A DNA stretch of 63,319 nucleotides, filler included, from Octopus bimaculoides (GCF_001194135.2; 7 parts of 7 records of this genome joined end to end with filler, not necessarily neighbours in it), one strand, 5' to 3'; counted from the whole stretch's first letter, positions 12,701 through 25,720 are shown. The notes: generated from the letters alone by a model not told the origin. Made by a program: numbers and translations.

Positions 12701-15700
12701 TTCGTAAGTTCGTTCGTGCATACGTACGTACGTACGTATATACGTTCGTTCGTTTGAACGTACCTACGTTCGTTCGTTCTTTCGTGCATTCGCACGTACG
12801 TACGTACGTTCGTTCGTTCATACGTACGAACGTACGTTCCTACGTACGTCCGTTCGTTCGTTCATTCGTACATAGGTATGTATGTACGTACGTTCGTTCG
12901 TTCGTTCGTTCTTTTGTTCGGTCGTGGATTCTTTCATTCGTACGTACGTTCGTTCTTTCTTTCGATCGTTCGTACAGACGTATGTACGTACGTTCGTTCG
13001 TTATTTTGTTCGTAACAACGTACGTTCGTAGTCCGTTCTTGCGTTCGTTCGTTCGATCGTAAATACGTAATAACGTAGGTACGTTCTTTGGTTCGTTCGT
13101 ACGTACTAACGTAAGTTCATTCGTTTGTTCGTACTTTCGTACATACGTACATTCATCCGTTCGTACGTTCGCTCGTTCCCACATTTTGTTCCTTCGTGCG
13201 TTCGTTTGTACGTACGTACTATCGTTCATTCGTGCATACGTACGTTCTTTCATTCAATCATTCGTTCTTTCGTCCGTACGGACGGACGTATGTAGAAGCT
13301 TTCGTTCGTTTATTCGTTCGTACGTACGTACGTACGGACATACGTTCGTTCGTTCGTTCGATCGTTCGTTCTTACGTACGTACGTTCGTTTCCTCGCTCG
13401 TTCGTTCGTTTATTCGTAAGTACGTACTTCCGGGCGTACATTCGTTCTTTCGGTCGTTCGTTCATTCGTGTGTGCGTACGTACATACGTTCTTTCTTTCA
13501 TTCGTACGTACGAAAGTACGTTCGGTCGTTCGTTCGTTCGATCGTAAATACGTAATAACGTAGGTACGTTCTTTCGTTCGTTCGTACGTACGTACTTACG
13601 TAAGTTCATTCGTTTGTTCGTACTTTCGTACATACGTACATTCATCCGTTCGTACGCTCGCTCGTTCCCTCATTTTGTTCCTTCGTGCGTTCGTTTGTAC
13701 GTACGTACTATCGTTCATTCGTACATACGTACGTTCTTTCATTCAATCATTCGTTCGTTCGTCCGTACGGACGGACGTATGTAGAAGCTTTCGTTCGTTT
13801 ATTCGTTCGTACGTACTCACCTACGTACGTACGTTCGTTCGTTCGTTCGTTCATACGTACGAACGTACGTTCATACGTACGTTCGTTCATTCGTTCTTTC
13901 GTTTGTTCGTTCATTCGTGCGTGCGTACGTACATACGTTCGTTCTTTCATTCTTACGTACGAAAGTACGTTCGGTCGTTCGTTCGTTCGTTCCTTCGTAC
14001 GTACATTTGTTCGTTTGATCATTCGTTCGTGCGTTCGTTCATACTTTCGTCCGTTCCTTCGTTCGTACGTACGTCCGTTCCTTCGTTCAATTGTTCATTC
14101 GTTCGCTCTTTCTTTCTTTCGGTCGATCGTTCATTCGTTCGTTCGTTCATACTTACGAACGTACGTTCGTTTATTCGTTCATTCGTTTGTTCGTTCATTC
14201 GTTTGTTCGTTCATTCGTACATACGTATGTATATACGTACGTATATACGTACGTTCGTTCGTTAGTTCGTTCGTTCGTACATACGTACTTATGTACGTAC
14301 ATTCGTTCGTAAGTTCGTTCGTACATACGTATGTACGTACGTATATACGTTCGTTCGTTTGAACGTCGTACGTTCGTTCGTTCTTTCGTGCATTCGCACG
14401 TACGTACGTACGTTCGTTCGTTCATACGTACGAACGTACGTTCCTACGTACGTTCGTTCGTTCGTTCATTCGTACATAGGTATGTAAGTACGTACGTTCG
14501 TTCGTTCTTTTGTTCGGTCGTGGGTTCTTTCATTCGTACGTACGTACGTACGTTCGTTCTTTCTTTCTATCGTTCNNNNNNNNNNNNNNNNNNNNNNNNN
14601 NNNNNNNNNNNNNNNNNNNNNNNNNNNNNNNNNGTTTGTTCGATCGTAAATACGTAATAACGTAGGTACGTTCTTTCGTTCGTTCGTACGTACGTACTTA
14701 CGTAAGTTCATTCGTTTGTTCGTACTTTCGTACATAAGTACATTCATCCGTTCGTACGTTCGCTCGTTCCCACATTTTGTTCCTTCGTGCGTTCGTTTGT
14801 ACGTACGTACTATCGTTCATTCGTACATACGTACGTTCTTTCATTCAATCATTCGTTCGTTCGTCCGTACGGACGGACGTATGTATAAGCTTTCGTTCGT
14901 TTATTCGTTCGTACGTACGTACGTACGGACATACGTTCGTTCGTTTGTTCGATCGTTCGTTATTACGTACGTACGTTCGTTTCCTCGCTCGTTCGTTCGT
15001 TTATTCGTAAGTACGTACGTTCATAAGCACTTCCGGGCATACATTCGTTCTTTCAGTCGTTCGTTCATTCGTGCGTGCGTACGTACATACGTTCGTTCTT
15101 TCATTCGTACGTACGAAAGTGCGTTCGGTCGTTCGTTCGTTCCTTCCTTCGTACGTACTTTGTTCGTTTGATCATTCGTTCGTGCGTTCGTTCATACTTT
15201 CGTCCGTTCCTTCTTTCGTACGTACGTCCGTTCCTTCGTTCAATTGTTCATTCGTTCGCTCTTTCTTTCTTTCGTTCGATCGTTCGTTCGTTCGTTCGTT
15301 CGTACGTACTTAACTACGTACATACGTACGTTCGTTCGTTCGTTCGTTCATACGTACGAACGTACGTTCGTTCATTCGTTCTTTCGTTTGTTCGTTCATT
15401 CGTACATACGTACGTATGTACGTACGTTCGTTCGTTAGTTCGTTCGTTCGTACAAACGTACTTACATACGTACGTAAAAACATACGTTCGTTCGTTTGTT
15501 CGTTCGTTCGTACATACGTACTTATGTACGTACATTCGATCGTAAATTCGTTCGTAAGTACGTATGATCCTAAGTACGTACATACGTGCGTAAGTTCGTT
15601 GTTTCTTTCGTTCGTACGTACGAAAGTATGTTCGGTCGTTCGTTCGTAAGTTCGTTCGTACATACGTATGTACGTACGTATATACGTTCGTTCGTTTGAA

Positions 15701-17691
15701 CGTACGTACGTTCGTTCGTTCTTTCGTGCATTCGCACGTACGTACGCACGTTCGTTCGTTCATACGTACGAACATACGTTCCTACGTACGTTCGTTCGTT
15801 CGTTCATTCGTACATAGGTATGTATGTACGTACGTTCGTTCGTTCTTTTGTTCGGTCGTGGGTTCTTTCATTCGTACGTACGTACGTACGTTCGTTCTTT
15901 CTTTCGATCGTTCGTACAGACGTATGTACGTACGTTCGTTCGTTATTTCGTTCGTAACAAAGTACGTTCGTAGTCCGTTCTTGCGTTCGTTCGTTCGATC
16001 GTAAATAAGTAATAACGTAGGTACGTTATTTCGTTCGTTCGTACGTACGTACTTACGTAAGTTCATTCGTTTGTTCGTTCTTTCGTACATACGTACATTC
16101 ATCCGTTCGTACGTTCGCTCGTTCCCTCATTTTGTTCCTTCGTGCGTTCGTTTGTACGTACGTACTATCGTTCATTCGTACATACGTACTTTCTTTCATT
16201 CAATCATTCGTTCGTTCGTCCGTACGGACGGACGTATGTAGAAGCTTTCGTTCGTTTATTCGTTCGTCCGTACGTACGTACAGACATACGTTCGTTCGTT
16301 CGTTCGATCGTTCGTTCTTACGTACGTACGTTCGTTTACTCGCTCGTTCGTTCGTTTATTCGTAAGTACGTATGTTCATAAGTACTTCCGGGCGTACATT
16401 CGTTCTTTCGGACGTTCGTTCATTCGTGCGTGTGTACGTACATACGTTCGTTCTTTCATTCGTACGTACATTTGTTGGTTTGATCATTCGTTCGTGCGTT
16501 CGTTCATACTTTCGTCCGTTCCTTCGTTCGTACGTACGTCCGTTCCTTCGTTCAATTGTTCATTCGTTCGCTCTTTCTTTCCTTCGTTCGATCGTTCGTT
16601 CGTTCGTACGTACTTAACTACGTACATACGTACGTTCATTCGTTCTTTCGTTTGTTCGTTCATTCGTACATACGTACGTATGTACGTACGTTCGTTCGTT
16701 AGTTGGTTCGTTCGTACAAACGTACTTACATACGTACGTAAAAACATACGTTCGTTCGTTTGTTCGTTCGTTCGTACATACGTACTTATGTACGTACATT
16801 CGTTCGTAAGTTCGTTCGTAAGTACGTATGATCCTAAGTACGTACGTACGTGCGTAAGTTCGTTGTTTCTTTCGTTCGTACGTACGAAAGTACGTTCGGT
16901 CGTTCATTCGTACGTTCGTTCGCACATACGTACGTATATACGTTCGTTCGTTCGTTCTTTCGTGCATTCGCACGTACGTACGTACGTTCGTTCGTTCATA
17001 CGTACGAACGTACGTTCCTACGTACGTTCGTACGTTCGTTCATTCGTACATAGGTATGTATGTACGTACGTACGTTCGTTCGTTCGTTTTTTCGGTCGTG
17101 GGTTCTTTCATTCGTACGTACGTACGTTCGTTCTTTCTTTCGATCGTAAAAACGTACGTTCGTAGTCCGTTCTTGCGTTCGTTCGTTCGATCGTAAATAC
17201 GTAATAACGTAGGTACGTTCTTTCGTTCGTTCGTACGTACGTACGTACTTACATAAGTTCATTCGTTTATTCGTACTTTCGTACATACGTACATTCATCC
17301 GTTCGTACGTTCGCTCGTTCCCTCATTTTGTTCCTTCGTGCGTTCGTAAATACGTAATAACATAGGTACGTTCTTTCGTTCGTTCGTACGTACGTACATT
17401 CATCCGTTCGTACGTTCGCTCGTTCCCTCATTTTGTTCCTTCGTGCGTTCGTTTGTACGTACGTACTATCGTTCATTCGTACATACGTACGTTCTTTCAT
17501 TCAATCATTCGTTCGTTCGTCCGTACGGACGGACGTATGTAGGAGCTTTCGTTCGTTTATTCGTTCGTCCGTACGTACGTACGGACATACGTTCGTTCGT
17601 TCGTTTATTCGTTCGTCCGTACGTACGTACGGACATACGTTCGTTCGTTCGTTCGATCGTTCGTTCTTACGTACGTACTTTCGTTTCCTCG
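9769..17691. repeat. ~7.9-kb CpG-rich satellite built on CGTT/CGTA tetramers, with ~1.1-1.5-kb higher-order units
   Basis: Continuous 4-bp-phase sequence. Rare landmarks recur: AAGCTT at ~10472, 12024, 13296, 13785, 14887, 16242; GATCCTAAGTA at ~11471, 12624, 15566, 16830. Contains a gap (14576-14632) and ends at a gap. Confidence 0.95.
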
Positions 17692-18084
17692 NNNNNNNNN
17701 NNNNNNNNNNNNNNNNNNNNNNNNNNNNNNNNNNNTTAATTAATTAANNNNNNNNNNNNNNNNNNNNNNNNNNNNNNNNNNNNNNNNNNNNATAGGATAA
17801 ATTCTTTATAAGAATTTATCAAGTAGTCAGCGTGAGAAAACCTCATAATGAAAAAATAACGAAAAATTTCGTAATGAAAAAAATTCATCGTTTCTTCATA
17901 GATATATTTAAGTATATATAAAGGGCATTAACTGTGTATCAATGCCTCACACTATTGAGGGACTAAATAAGTAAAAAAACTACCAAAAATAAGCAACATA
18001 TTTACCGAAAGCAAGGGAATGCAGCTTTTCAAAATTTATCTCTTAAAAACATTTATATACACGCACACATGCACGCACACATAC

Positions 18085-18115
<31 letters not shown>

Positions 18116-18186
18116 TGTATGTATGTGTGCATGTATGTATGCCTTCTAAATTTGTGTACTGGAAACGTCTTGAATATGCAAATGAA

Positions 18187-18423
18187 GAAGGCGGCGAACT
18201 GGCAGAAACGTTAGCACGCCGGACCAAATGCTTAGCGGTATTTCGTCTGTTTTTATGTTCTGAGTTCAAATTCCGCCGAGGTCGACTTTGCCTTTCATCC
18301 TTTCGGTGTTGATAAATTAAGTACCAGTTACGCACTGGAGTCGATGTAATCGACTTAATTCCTTTGTTTGTACTTGTTTGTCCCCTTTATGTTTAGTCGC
18401 TTGTGGGCAATAAAGAAATAAGA
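18187..18423 (+). mobile_element. SINE family A, full length
   Basis: A-box, B-box, core and tail TTGTGGGCAATAAAGAAATAAG; matches the minus-strand copy at 26522-26753. Confidence 0.9.
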
Positions 18424-18501
18424 CATCTACATACAGATTTGCAACACTGGAAAATGCAGATGTGTTTGAAGAGGATGCAGCTAGGATTACAACCTGCCTG
18501 C

Positions 18502-18552
<51 letters not shown>

Positions 18553-18575
18553 TGACTTCAGCAATGCGACTGCAC

Positions 18576-18621
18576 ACGTGCTGTTGGTTGCAGACGTGCT
18601 GTTGGTTGCAGACGTGCTGTT
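18576..18621. repeat. 18-bp tandem repeat, about 2.5 copies (ACGTGCTGTTGGTTGCAG)
   Basis: Units start at 18576, 18594 and 18612. Confidence 0.9.
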
Positions 18622-19082
18622 CTTTTTCATTCTTTCGACTTTTCCCTTTCTCCTTTCCGACGCAAAGCTATGCTCGAAGCGTCAAACCTTTTCAAGTTAA
18701 TACATTCCTTGTGCACGTCCTCTTGCTGTCTGTTGATTTTACTCGTTTATAGATAACATAGACGTTAGGATCTTATCGGCCCATAGAACAGATACGACAC
18801 TTGGACAGATTACATAGGCTGAACACATAATAGAAAATAGACTGAGCCTCAGCAGAAAACGTGAATGAAGTAATAATACTCGCACTCCACCCTACTGATG
18901 AATGAAGACGGTTTTCAGGTGGTCGGTGGGTTGGAGTAGGTGTTAGTGTTATTACGTTTGTATGCGCATTGTGTGTATGAATATATGGATAAAATGCGGC
19001 TGATTTCTTTCACTTATCTACCCGCATCTAAAATTGTACTCAGTGTACACTTTCATACGTAACTTTTCATATATTTATATCA

Positions 19083-19433
19083 AGGCGCAGGCATGGCTGT
19101 GTTGTAAAGTCGCTCGCTTTGCAACCACATAATTCCGTGTTCAGTTTCATTGTGCAAAACCTCAATACCTTTTACTGTAACAGGTGAATTTAGTGATTTG
19201 AGAAACTGTTTGGAAGCCTGTCATTTTTATGTGAGTATGTGTTCGCGTCTTGTGTTTATCATCCATGCACCTCTTAAGCAATCTGTGTTCGTTTTCGTTT
19301 TTTTTTGTTGCTTCCTCGTAGCATACAGGTTCACTAAACAGGGAGTTAAAATAACACAGCTGTTAACATGTTCGAATAAACAATTCAATGTGCTCCAGCG
19401 TGGCCGTAGTACAACGACTGAACTAAAAGAATA
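19083..19433 (+). mobile_element. SINE family B (diverged)
   Basis: AGGCGCAGGCATGGCTGTG head and CTCCAGCGTGGCCGTAGT..GACTGAA tail. Confidence 0.75.
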
Positions 19434-19567
19434 CATTTACATTAAAGTTTTATCCATATTTATGAATTTCTAGATGCATTAAATCCTTTCTTTAATCTGA
19501 TAATGACATACACAAACGCGCACGCACACCACGCACGCACACACACCAAGCACGCACACACACGCAT

Positions 19568-19568
<1 letters not shown>

Positions 19569-19650
<82 letters not shown>

Positions 19651-20280
19651 CATACCAATCTATCTATCTCTATGGTTATAAGTGTGTGTTCTATTACTTA
19701 TGATTCACATATTGTGAGTTTTAGTAGAGCATATGAATCTCAGATCTATTTAAAGTCCACTACTTATTCTATCGGTCTCATCTGCCGAATTTCTAGGTTA
19801 GGAGAACCTAAAGAAACTAATACTGAAGCCGTTGGGTAGAAACACAAACGCAGAGACGCATGTAAATAAACGCACAAGCGTGCGTCTATGTATGCATGTA
19901 TGTATGTATGTATGTATGTATGTATGTATGTATGTACGTATGTATGTATGTATGTATGTATGTATGTACGTATATATGTATTTATGTATGTACTTATGTA
20001 TGTACGTATGTATGCATGTATGTATGTATGTATGTATGTTTGTATGATTGTATGTATGTATGTATGTATGTATGCATGTATGTATGTACGTATGTATGTA
20101 CGTATATATGTACGTATATATGTATGTATATATGTATGTACGTATGTATGTGCGTATGTATGTACGTATATATGTATGTATGTATGCGTGTGCGTGCATG
20201 TATGTATGTATGTATGTATGTATGTATGCATGTATGTATGTATACACACACACACATACACACACACACACACACACATA
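19569..20280. repeat. (TATC)n, (TATG)n and (CA)n microsatellites around a decayed family B fragment
   Basis: Seen directly; TTATTCTATCGGTCTC at ~19765 is the family B 3' half in reverse. Confidence 0.85.
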
Positions 20281-20576
20281 TACAACCAGAGGTGTAGGTA
20301 CGTGTGTCTCTGTGTCGATTTATATGTTTTCTTTTTGTTTGTGTATGTCGATAGCTATTTCATAAACTTATTTACAAGTATAACAAGAGCCAGTAGCTGT
20401 AAACATTGGGAGCAGCAGAATAACATAACCGAACATAAATAATCGTACAAAATTTCATTATCGACCAATCTTAAAATAACATTTCTCCAGAAAAGCCGAA
20501 CATGTGGTTGTTTAGACATTATCTTGTTCTGATTCATACATGGGCGTGAACTAATGATGTCTCGTAACAACAAATC

Positions 20577-20830
20577 GTCACGTGGTTTGCTATATCACAT
20601 AACAGATCAAGTCAGAAGTCACGTGCCAGTCAGGGGTTCTTTCAACTGTTCAATGTAGCCGGTCGTGCCGTTAGAGATAGTAAATTGTGTTGCTGTTCCT
20701 TGGAAATCACGAAGTACTTTGTTAAATGTAGAGTAAAGTATAGAGAGGATACATTTGATAATATTCTCCTAGATATAACGTGTATGATAAAATGTTACAG
20801 CGGTTTTAACACTTTTATGAAAATGGCGGC
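20577..20830. promoter_or_regulatory. possible regulatory element: two GTCACGTG E-boxes and a YY1-like AAAATGGCGGC
   Basis: CACGTG at 20579 and 20620, both preceded by GT; AAAATGGCGGC at 20820-20830; non-repetitive, CpG-retaining context. Motif matches only. Confidence 0.2.
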
Positions 20831-21657
20831 GATCAACAACCACGAAAACAACAGCAATGATGACAACGACGATCAATGACAGTAACAACAACAAAACAAA
20901 CTACATCTTACATAACTCATGTAACTCTATCTTATATCTCTATCTGATCGTTCTGAAATGTTAGATATTCTAATGAAATCTCCCTCAAATCCAGTTGTAC
21001 TCTCATTAAAACAGGACTGAAATCTTTAACATGTGGTTCTAGATTCAGCATGTAACTAGCAATTAGGAAAATGGTAAAAAACAAAAAACAAAGTATAATT
21101 AAGACTGGAACATTTCTGGCCATATGTCCCTTGGGTCGAGAATGTTCTGGGTTCGATAACAATCCACTCGCGTATCGAATTGAAGTGTACAATACTTGAC
21201 GGCTGGACAGTAAGACACAAATGAACAGATAAGCAATCCATTCCATTATTGAATGTTCATCAATGCAAAAATTTTCACTGGTGTTTCGTAATCCGTTAAT
21301 CCAAGCTTATCCAAAATTGAGCAGAACTTTAAGCCAGGCATAATATCAGAATAGATGAAAAGATTATATGGTCTCGATACAATGTCTCATTAGGATATTT
21401 TATTATGATGTAAAATTGTACATCTTGTTACGCAAGACGTGAAACGTCCATAAGAATATACAATACATCTTTACATAATAATCTCCTAAATCATCAGGCA
21501 ACCAAATGCAGGTCAATAGTTCATATACCGCCTGGCCGTCAGATGGGTAGTTAGAGGTAGGCAGGTAGAACGACACTCTTTTAGATAGGTAATGGAGATA
21601 AATACGTTGATAAATAGACAGAAAGGCATACATACATACGTACATACGTACATACGT

Positions 21658-21690
<33 letters not shown>

Positions 21691-21780
21691 CACCGTCAGA
21701 CAGATAGATGGACTGACAAATAGATAGATGTATAGATGGTAATACGTTGATATATTTTGAAGGGGGATCTATTTAAAGAT

Positions 21781-22030
21781 TAGGTAAAAAATTTGCTTCC
21801 CAACCACGTGGTTCCGTGTTCAGTCCCACTGCGTGGAACCTTGGGCAAGTGTTTTCTACTATGGTCTTGGGCCGACCAAAGGCTTGTGCGTGGACTTCGT
21901 AGACGGAAATTGAAATAAACCCATCGTATGTATGTATTTATGTATGTTACTGGATTTGTCCTCCACTACCACATAGCAACCGGTGTTGGTCTGTTTACGT
22001 CCTTATAACAAAGCGTTTCAGCAAAATGAG
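21781..22030 (+). mobile_element. SINE family B (3'-truncated)
   Basis: GCTTCCCAACCACGTGGTTCCGTGTTCAGTCCCACTGCGTGGAACCTTGGGCAAGTG. Confidence 0.85.
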
Positions 22031-22042
22031 CTCTCTGTGGTA

Positions 22043-22365
<323 letters not shown>

Positions 22366-22379
22366 TTTTGAAATTGCGT

Positions 22380-23170
22380 AGAAAAGATGCAGACATAGCT
22401 AACAGATTTAACTGCAGAGGAGGAAATGGAGGAGTATACGGTAGTAGAAAGGAAGAGAAACAACGTGAAGTCTCCAGCTAAAAAGGAAAGAAAGGCGGAG
22501 GAAATTAAGAATGGAAAAAGAAAAACTGAGGTTCCAACGGAGAACGAACGCAGAGACCGGAGCCTTCAACTAGTAAGGAGGAAGAAAGACGGAAGAAGAG
22601 ACTTGAAAGTGAGAAGGAGGAACAAGCAGAGACGAAAATAATAGCAACAGAGGTGGAGAGTGAGGTGCTACAGCCGAGAAGGCCACCGGAGGGGAGATAG
22701 GAAAGAGTGATGGTTTGTTACCAAAAGAGCGTGGAAATAGTGAAGAAAACTTCTAAAATGAAAAGTGTTATAAGAATCAAGCTGGCTGACAAGGAGGAGA
22801 ACCGTAATGAGAAAGCGGTGATGCTGGAGGATGAAAGAGCGGGAAGGTTGAGAGAAATATTCGGAGACAGGATAAATATAACAGCGCTTCGATTTAGATA
22901 CAAGGAATTGCCATCAGTGATAAGATTCGAGGACTTAATGGAGTTTATGATATGGAATTGCGAAAACGATACAAACTGGTAAAATAATTTATTATTTTAA
23001 AAACAGTAAAATGGAACTTCCTACTTTGTGGGGTATGAAAGCCATTACATTCTCATTATTTTCATATTCATATTCATTCGCTATATGTTTTATGTATCGC
23101 AATGTATTGTTTTGTCTGTCCTTGTGGTGTCCCCGCTTTATAAAGGCCATGTGCCTGAATAAAAGAAATC
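22380..23170 (+). mobile_element. possible internally deleted LINE remnant (purine-rich ORF1-like segment plus a polyA-signal 3' end)
   Basis: Lys/Arg/Glu-rich broken reading frames at 22426-22982, then a T-rich UTR ending AATAAAAGAAA at ~23160. No diagnostic motif. Confidence 0.3.
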
Positions 23171-23835
23171 ATCTGTAGCAGACGAGATGTCCAGTACTGA
23201 AGAGAGGCAGAAACGTGGCTGGTATACTGGTCCAGTCGCTAGAAAGTGGTAGTGGTTTGCTCCCCTGATGGTAATATATCGGATGCAGGTGTGTATCGTT
23301 AACCAGCTAGAGGAGATGTCCTCTCCGGGTTAAAAAATCGCAGTAAAGTCCGTTCGACCGAAACAGCCATATTGAAGTGGTTACGAAAATTAGTGGTTAG
23401 TACAACTACTGCATTCATACCTTAGAGGGATTTTAAAACTAGCTTTTTTGTCTGTTTTAATTATTATTGCCATCGTAGTCATAGCTTTTCAATAGTTTAA
23501 ATCAGTCTTTTCTATTATCTTTCTCTCTCTTTCTCTGTCCTTCCCCTCCTTTCTCATCCCTTATTTGCTTTTGAGAGTTTGTTAAATCTCTATACGTTAA
23601 AGCTTGATATACATACGTACGTACGTACATACATAATACATACATACATACATGGTAAATGAAAGACGGAAGATGGAAGATACGAGAATTTTTTTTATTA
23701 AGCACAACAATTGCCGCGACACATTCAGCATCGATCGTTCACGGGTGGGATACTTAACATAACGAACATTGTGAAAGTGCTTGTGATTTACCAGTAATCT
23801 ACCAGGTATAAACCATTCGTTTTATTATCTAATAA

Positions 23836-23837
<2 letters not shown>

Positions 23838-23866
<29 letters not shown>

Positions 23867-23943
23867 CATACATACATGCATACATACATACATACATGCA
23901 TACATACATACATACATACATACATACATACATACATACATAC
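23838..23943. repeat. (TACA)n microsatellite
   Basis: Seen directly. Confidence 0.95.
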
Positions 23944-24142
23944 GGTAAAGTAAGTTTGTATTGCTAAGCCAGAAATCGGACGATCCAGAATTAACCTCAT
24001 AATTTTACTAATTTCATTTTATTAATTTGCTCGCTTTCAGTCTTGTGCCAATAGAGTGAAAATTAAAGTGTTTTTTAGAGTCTTTTGACATCTATCTCTA
24101 GCATGTAGGTGTTGTTTCTCAATACCCTTAATTATAATTATA

Positions 24143-25013
24143 TCTATCTATAATATATTGAAAGTCAGCTTGAATCTTGCTTGCTTGCAATGTTACCCAG
24201 TCATACTGACGTATAATGGGAAAATACTGTGAATTAAGTTTCCCCTGAAATGTTAATACGAACGGAATAAAACAAGTTTCGTGTAAATCGGACTAGTGGT
24301 TTTTGAGATATTAGGGGTTTTCAGGGGGTATAAATACTCAAAACGGTGCATAATGGGGAAATATTCCGAAAAAATCTTAATCCTGAAAGGAAAGAAACTC
24401 TTACCTATCGATTACACACAGTGACTTGACAACGAAAAAATACGAAATGTTTTTTTTACAGTAAATGGTTTTATTTTCGCTTTTGTTAAACACAATATTT
24501 TAATCATTTAGAAATATTTTTAAGTGAATGTGATTTCAAAAATTTAAGTTGTTTGTACAGTAAGTATTTATATTTTAGCTTTCTTTAAATAGACAATATT
24601 TTAATGTTTTTCTAAAATTATTTTCAAATGAATACCATTACAAAATTTTTTTTGACATATCTAAAAAATATCTGTGAAAATGACTTTAAAAATACGGTAA
24701 ATATTTCGTAAAAGATCCGTTCGTAACCTTGGTGTGAAACAATTTTCTTCTTCTTTTTCGAGTGCATTCAATGTATTTCACCTCCAAAGATTTGGCTGTT
24801 ATTTCTAGCTATCACGTAACTTGCAGGGCGTGTAAGAAATAGCAGTTAAATCTTTCCTTTTCTAGGGAAAGGAGCCATTTACCTGTGATTTCGATGTCAC
24901 ATTCATTGAAAGCATGCGAAATAACCCGGAAAAGAAAAAGAAAAACAAAACAAAACTCAGTTGCAGGGAAACTCAGGCTATCCCCGTGACCCAACGAGTC
25001 ACGGGTAGTCTAG
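24143..25013 (+). mobile_element. non-autonomous Helitron
   Basis: 3' hairpin CCCGTGAC-ccaacga-GTCACGGG (24983-25005), then CTAG (25010-25013) followed by T. Candidate 5' A|TC start at 24143 (TCTATCTATAATAT). These are the standard Helitron termini; the 5' end is less certain than the 3' end. Confidence 0.75.
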
Positions 25014-25111
25014 TATAATTATATATTTATATTAATGTTTATCTAAATGGTTTTTTTTATATGCTAGCCACTGATAAAATCATTAATTGATTTTATCCTT
25101 AATTATGTATG

Positions 25112-25155
<44 letters not shown>

Positions 25156-25598
25156 TGTGTGTGTGTACTAATCAACTATATCTCTCTTAATTAACTCAAG
25201 CGTATCCATTCTCTTTATTTGCGGTAATAAACTATAGAGTTTTGTATATATTAAATTTAGGAAAATAGATAAACGGCGCCAATCTTATCCACCCGTATAT
25301 CCTATTCTTATAACAAGTTATACACTACAATATAATTTAGTATATTGTCTCTTTATCATTAACATCTGCGGATTACTTCAAAGAACAGAAAGAGTCAGTT
25401 TTAAATTTGGCTCCATTTTCTGTGATAATGAATTCTTGCAGTTAGTCTCTGATTCTGGGTGGAGTCTGTAAATTTAAAGGCAGTTGAAGCAAAGATATAC
25501 CATTTAACTGCGCATTTTTTTCTTTTTTCTTTTCTTAAATATTATTGGTTCTAATCAAATATTTTTCTGTTGCCATTCGTATCACTTGGCGATTTCAG

Positions 25599-25720
25599 TT
25601 TGGATGTCAATCTTTCTCAAACAGCCTAAGTGAACTATCTACAATTCTGATTGACAGAAGAATATACACCTGCCCACTTCCATATTCAACCGTTGGTATT
25701 CCTGATTTGAATGTTCAAAT
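25599..25720 (+). other. candidate 122-nt internal coding exon of an unidentified gene
   Basis: T-rich upstream region, TTTCAG acceptor, GTAAGT donor at 25721, and exactly one open frame (FGCQSFSNSLSELSTILIDRRIYTCPLPYSTVGIPDLNVQ). Protein not recognised. Confidence 0.2.

Noticed and set aside
17736-17747. TTAATTAATTAA recurring six times in the window
   Set aside because: It is always centred in an identical 44N/44N gap and has stops in all six frames. It is a scaffolding filler, not biology.
9715-17747. Dozens of long ORFs (up to 331 aa) of RSFV/RTYV/NERT repeats
   Set aside because: These are translations of a stop-poor tetranucleotide satellite. They overlap in all frames on both strands and show no domain or splice structure.
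18895-18930. CTGATGA hammerhead-like match
   Set aside because: No GAAA or stems follow.
19764-20442. Long YVCM/HTYI-repeat ORFs, and similar ORFs at 28-29, 32-36, 53-54 and 59.7-60 kb
   Set aside because: They are microsatellite translations.
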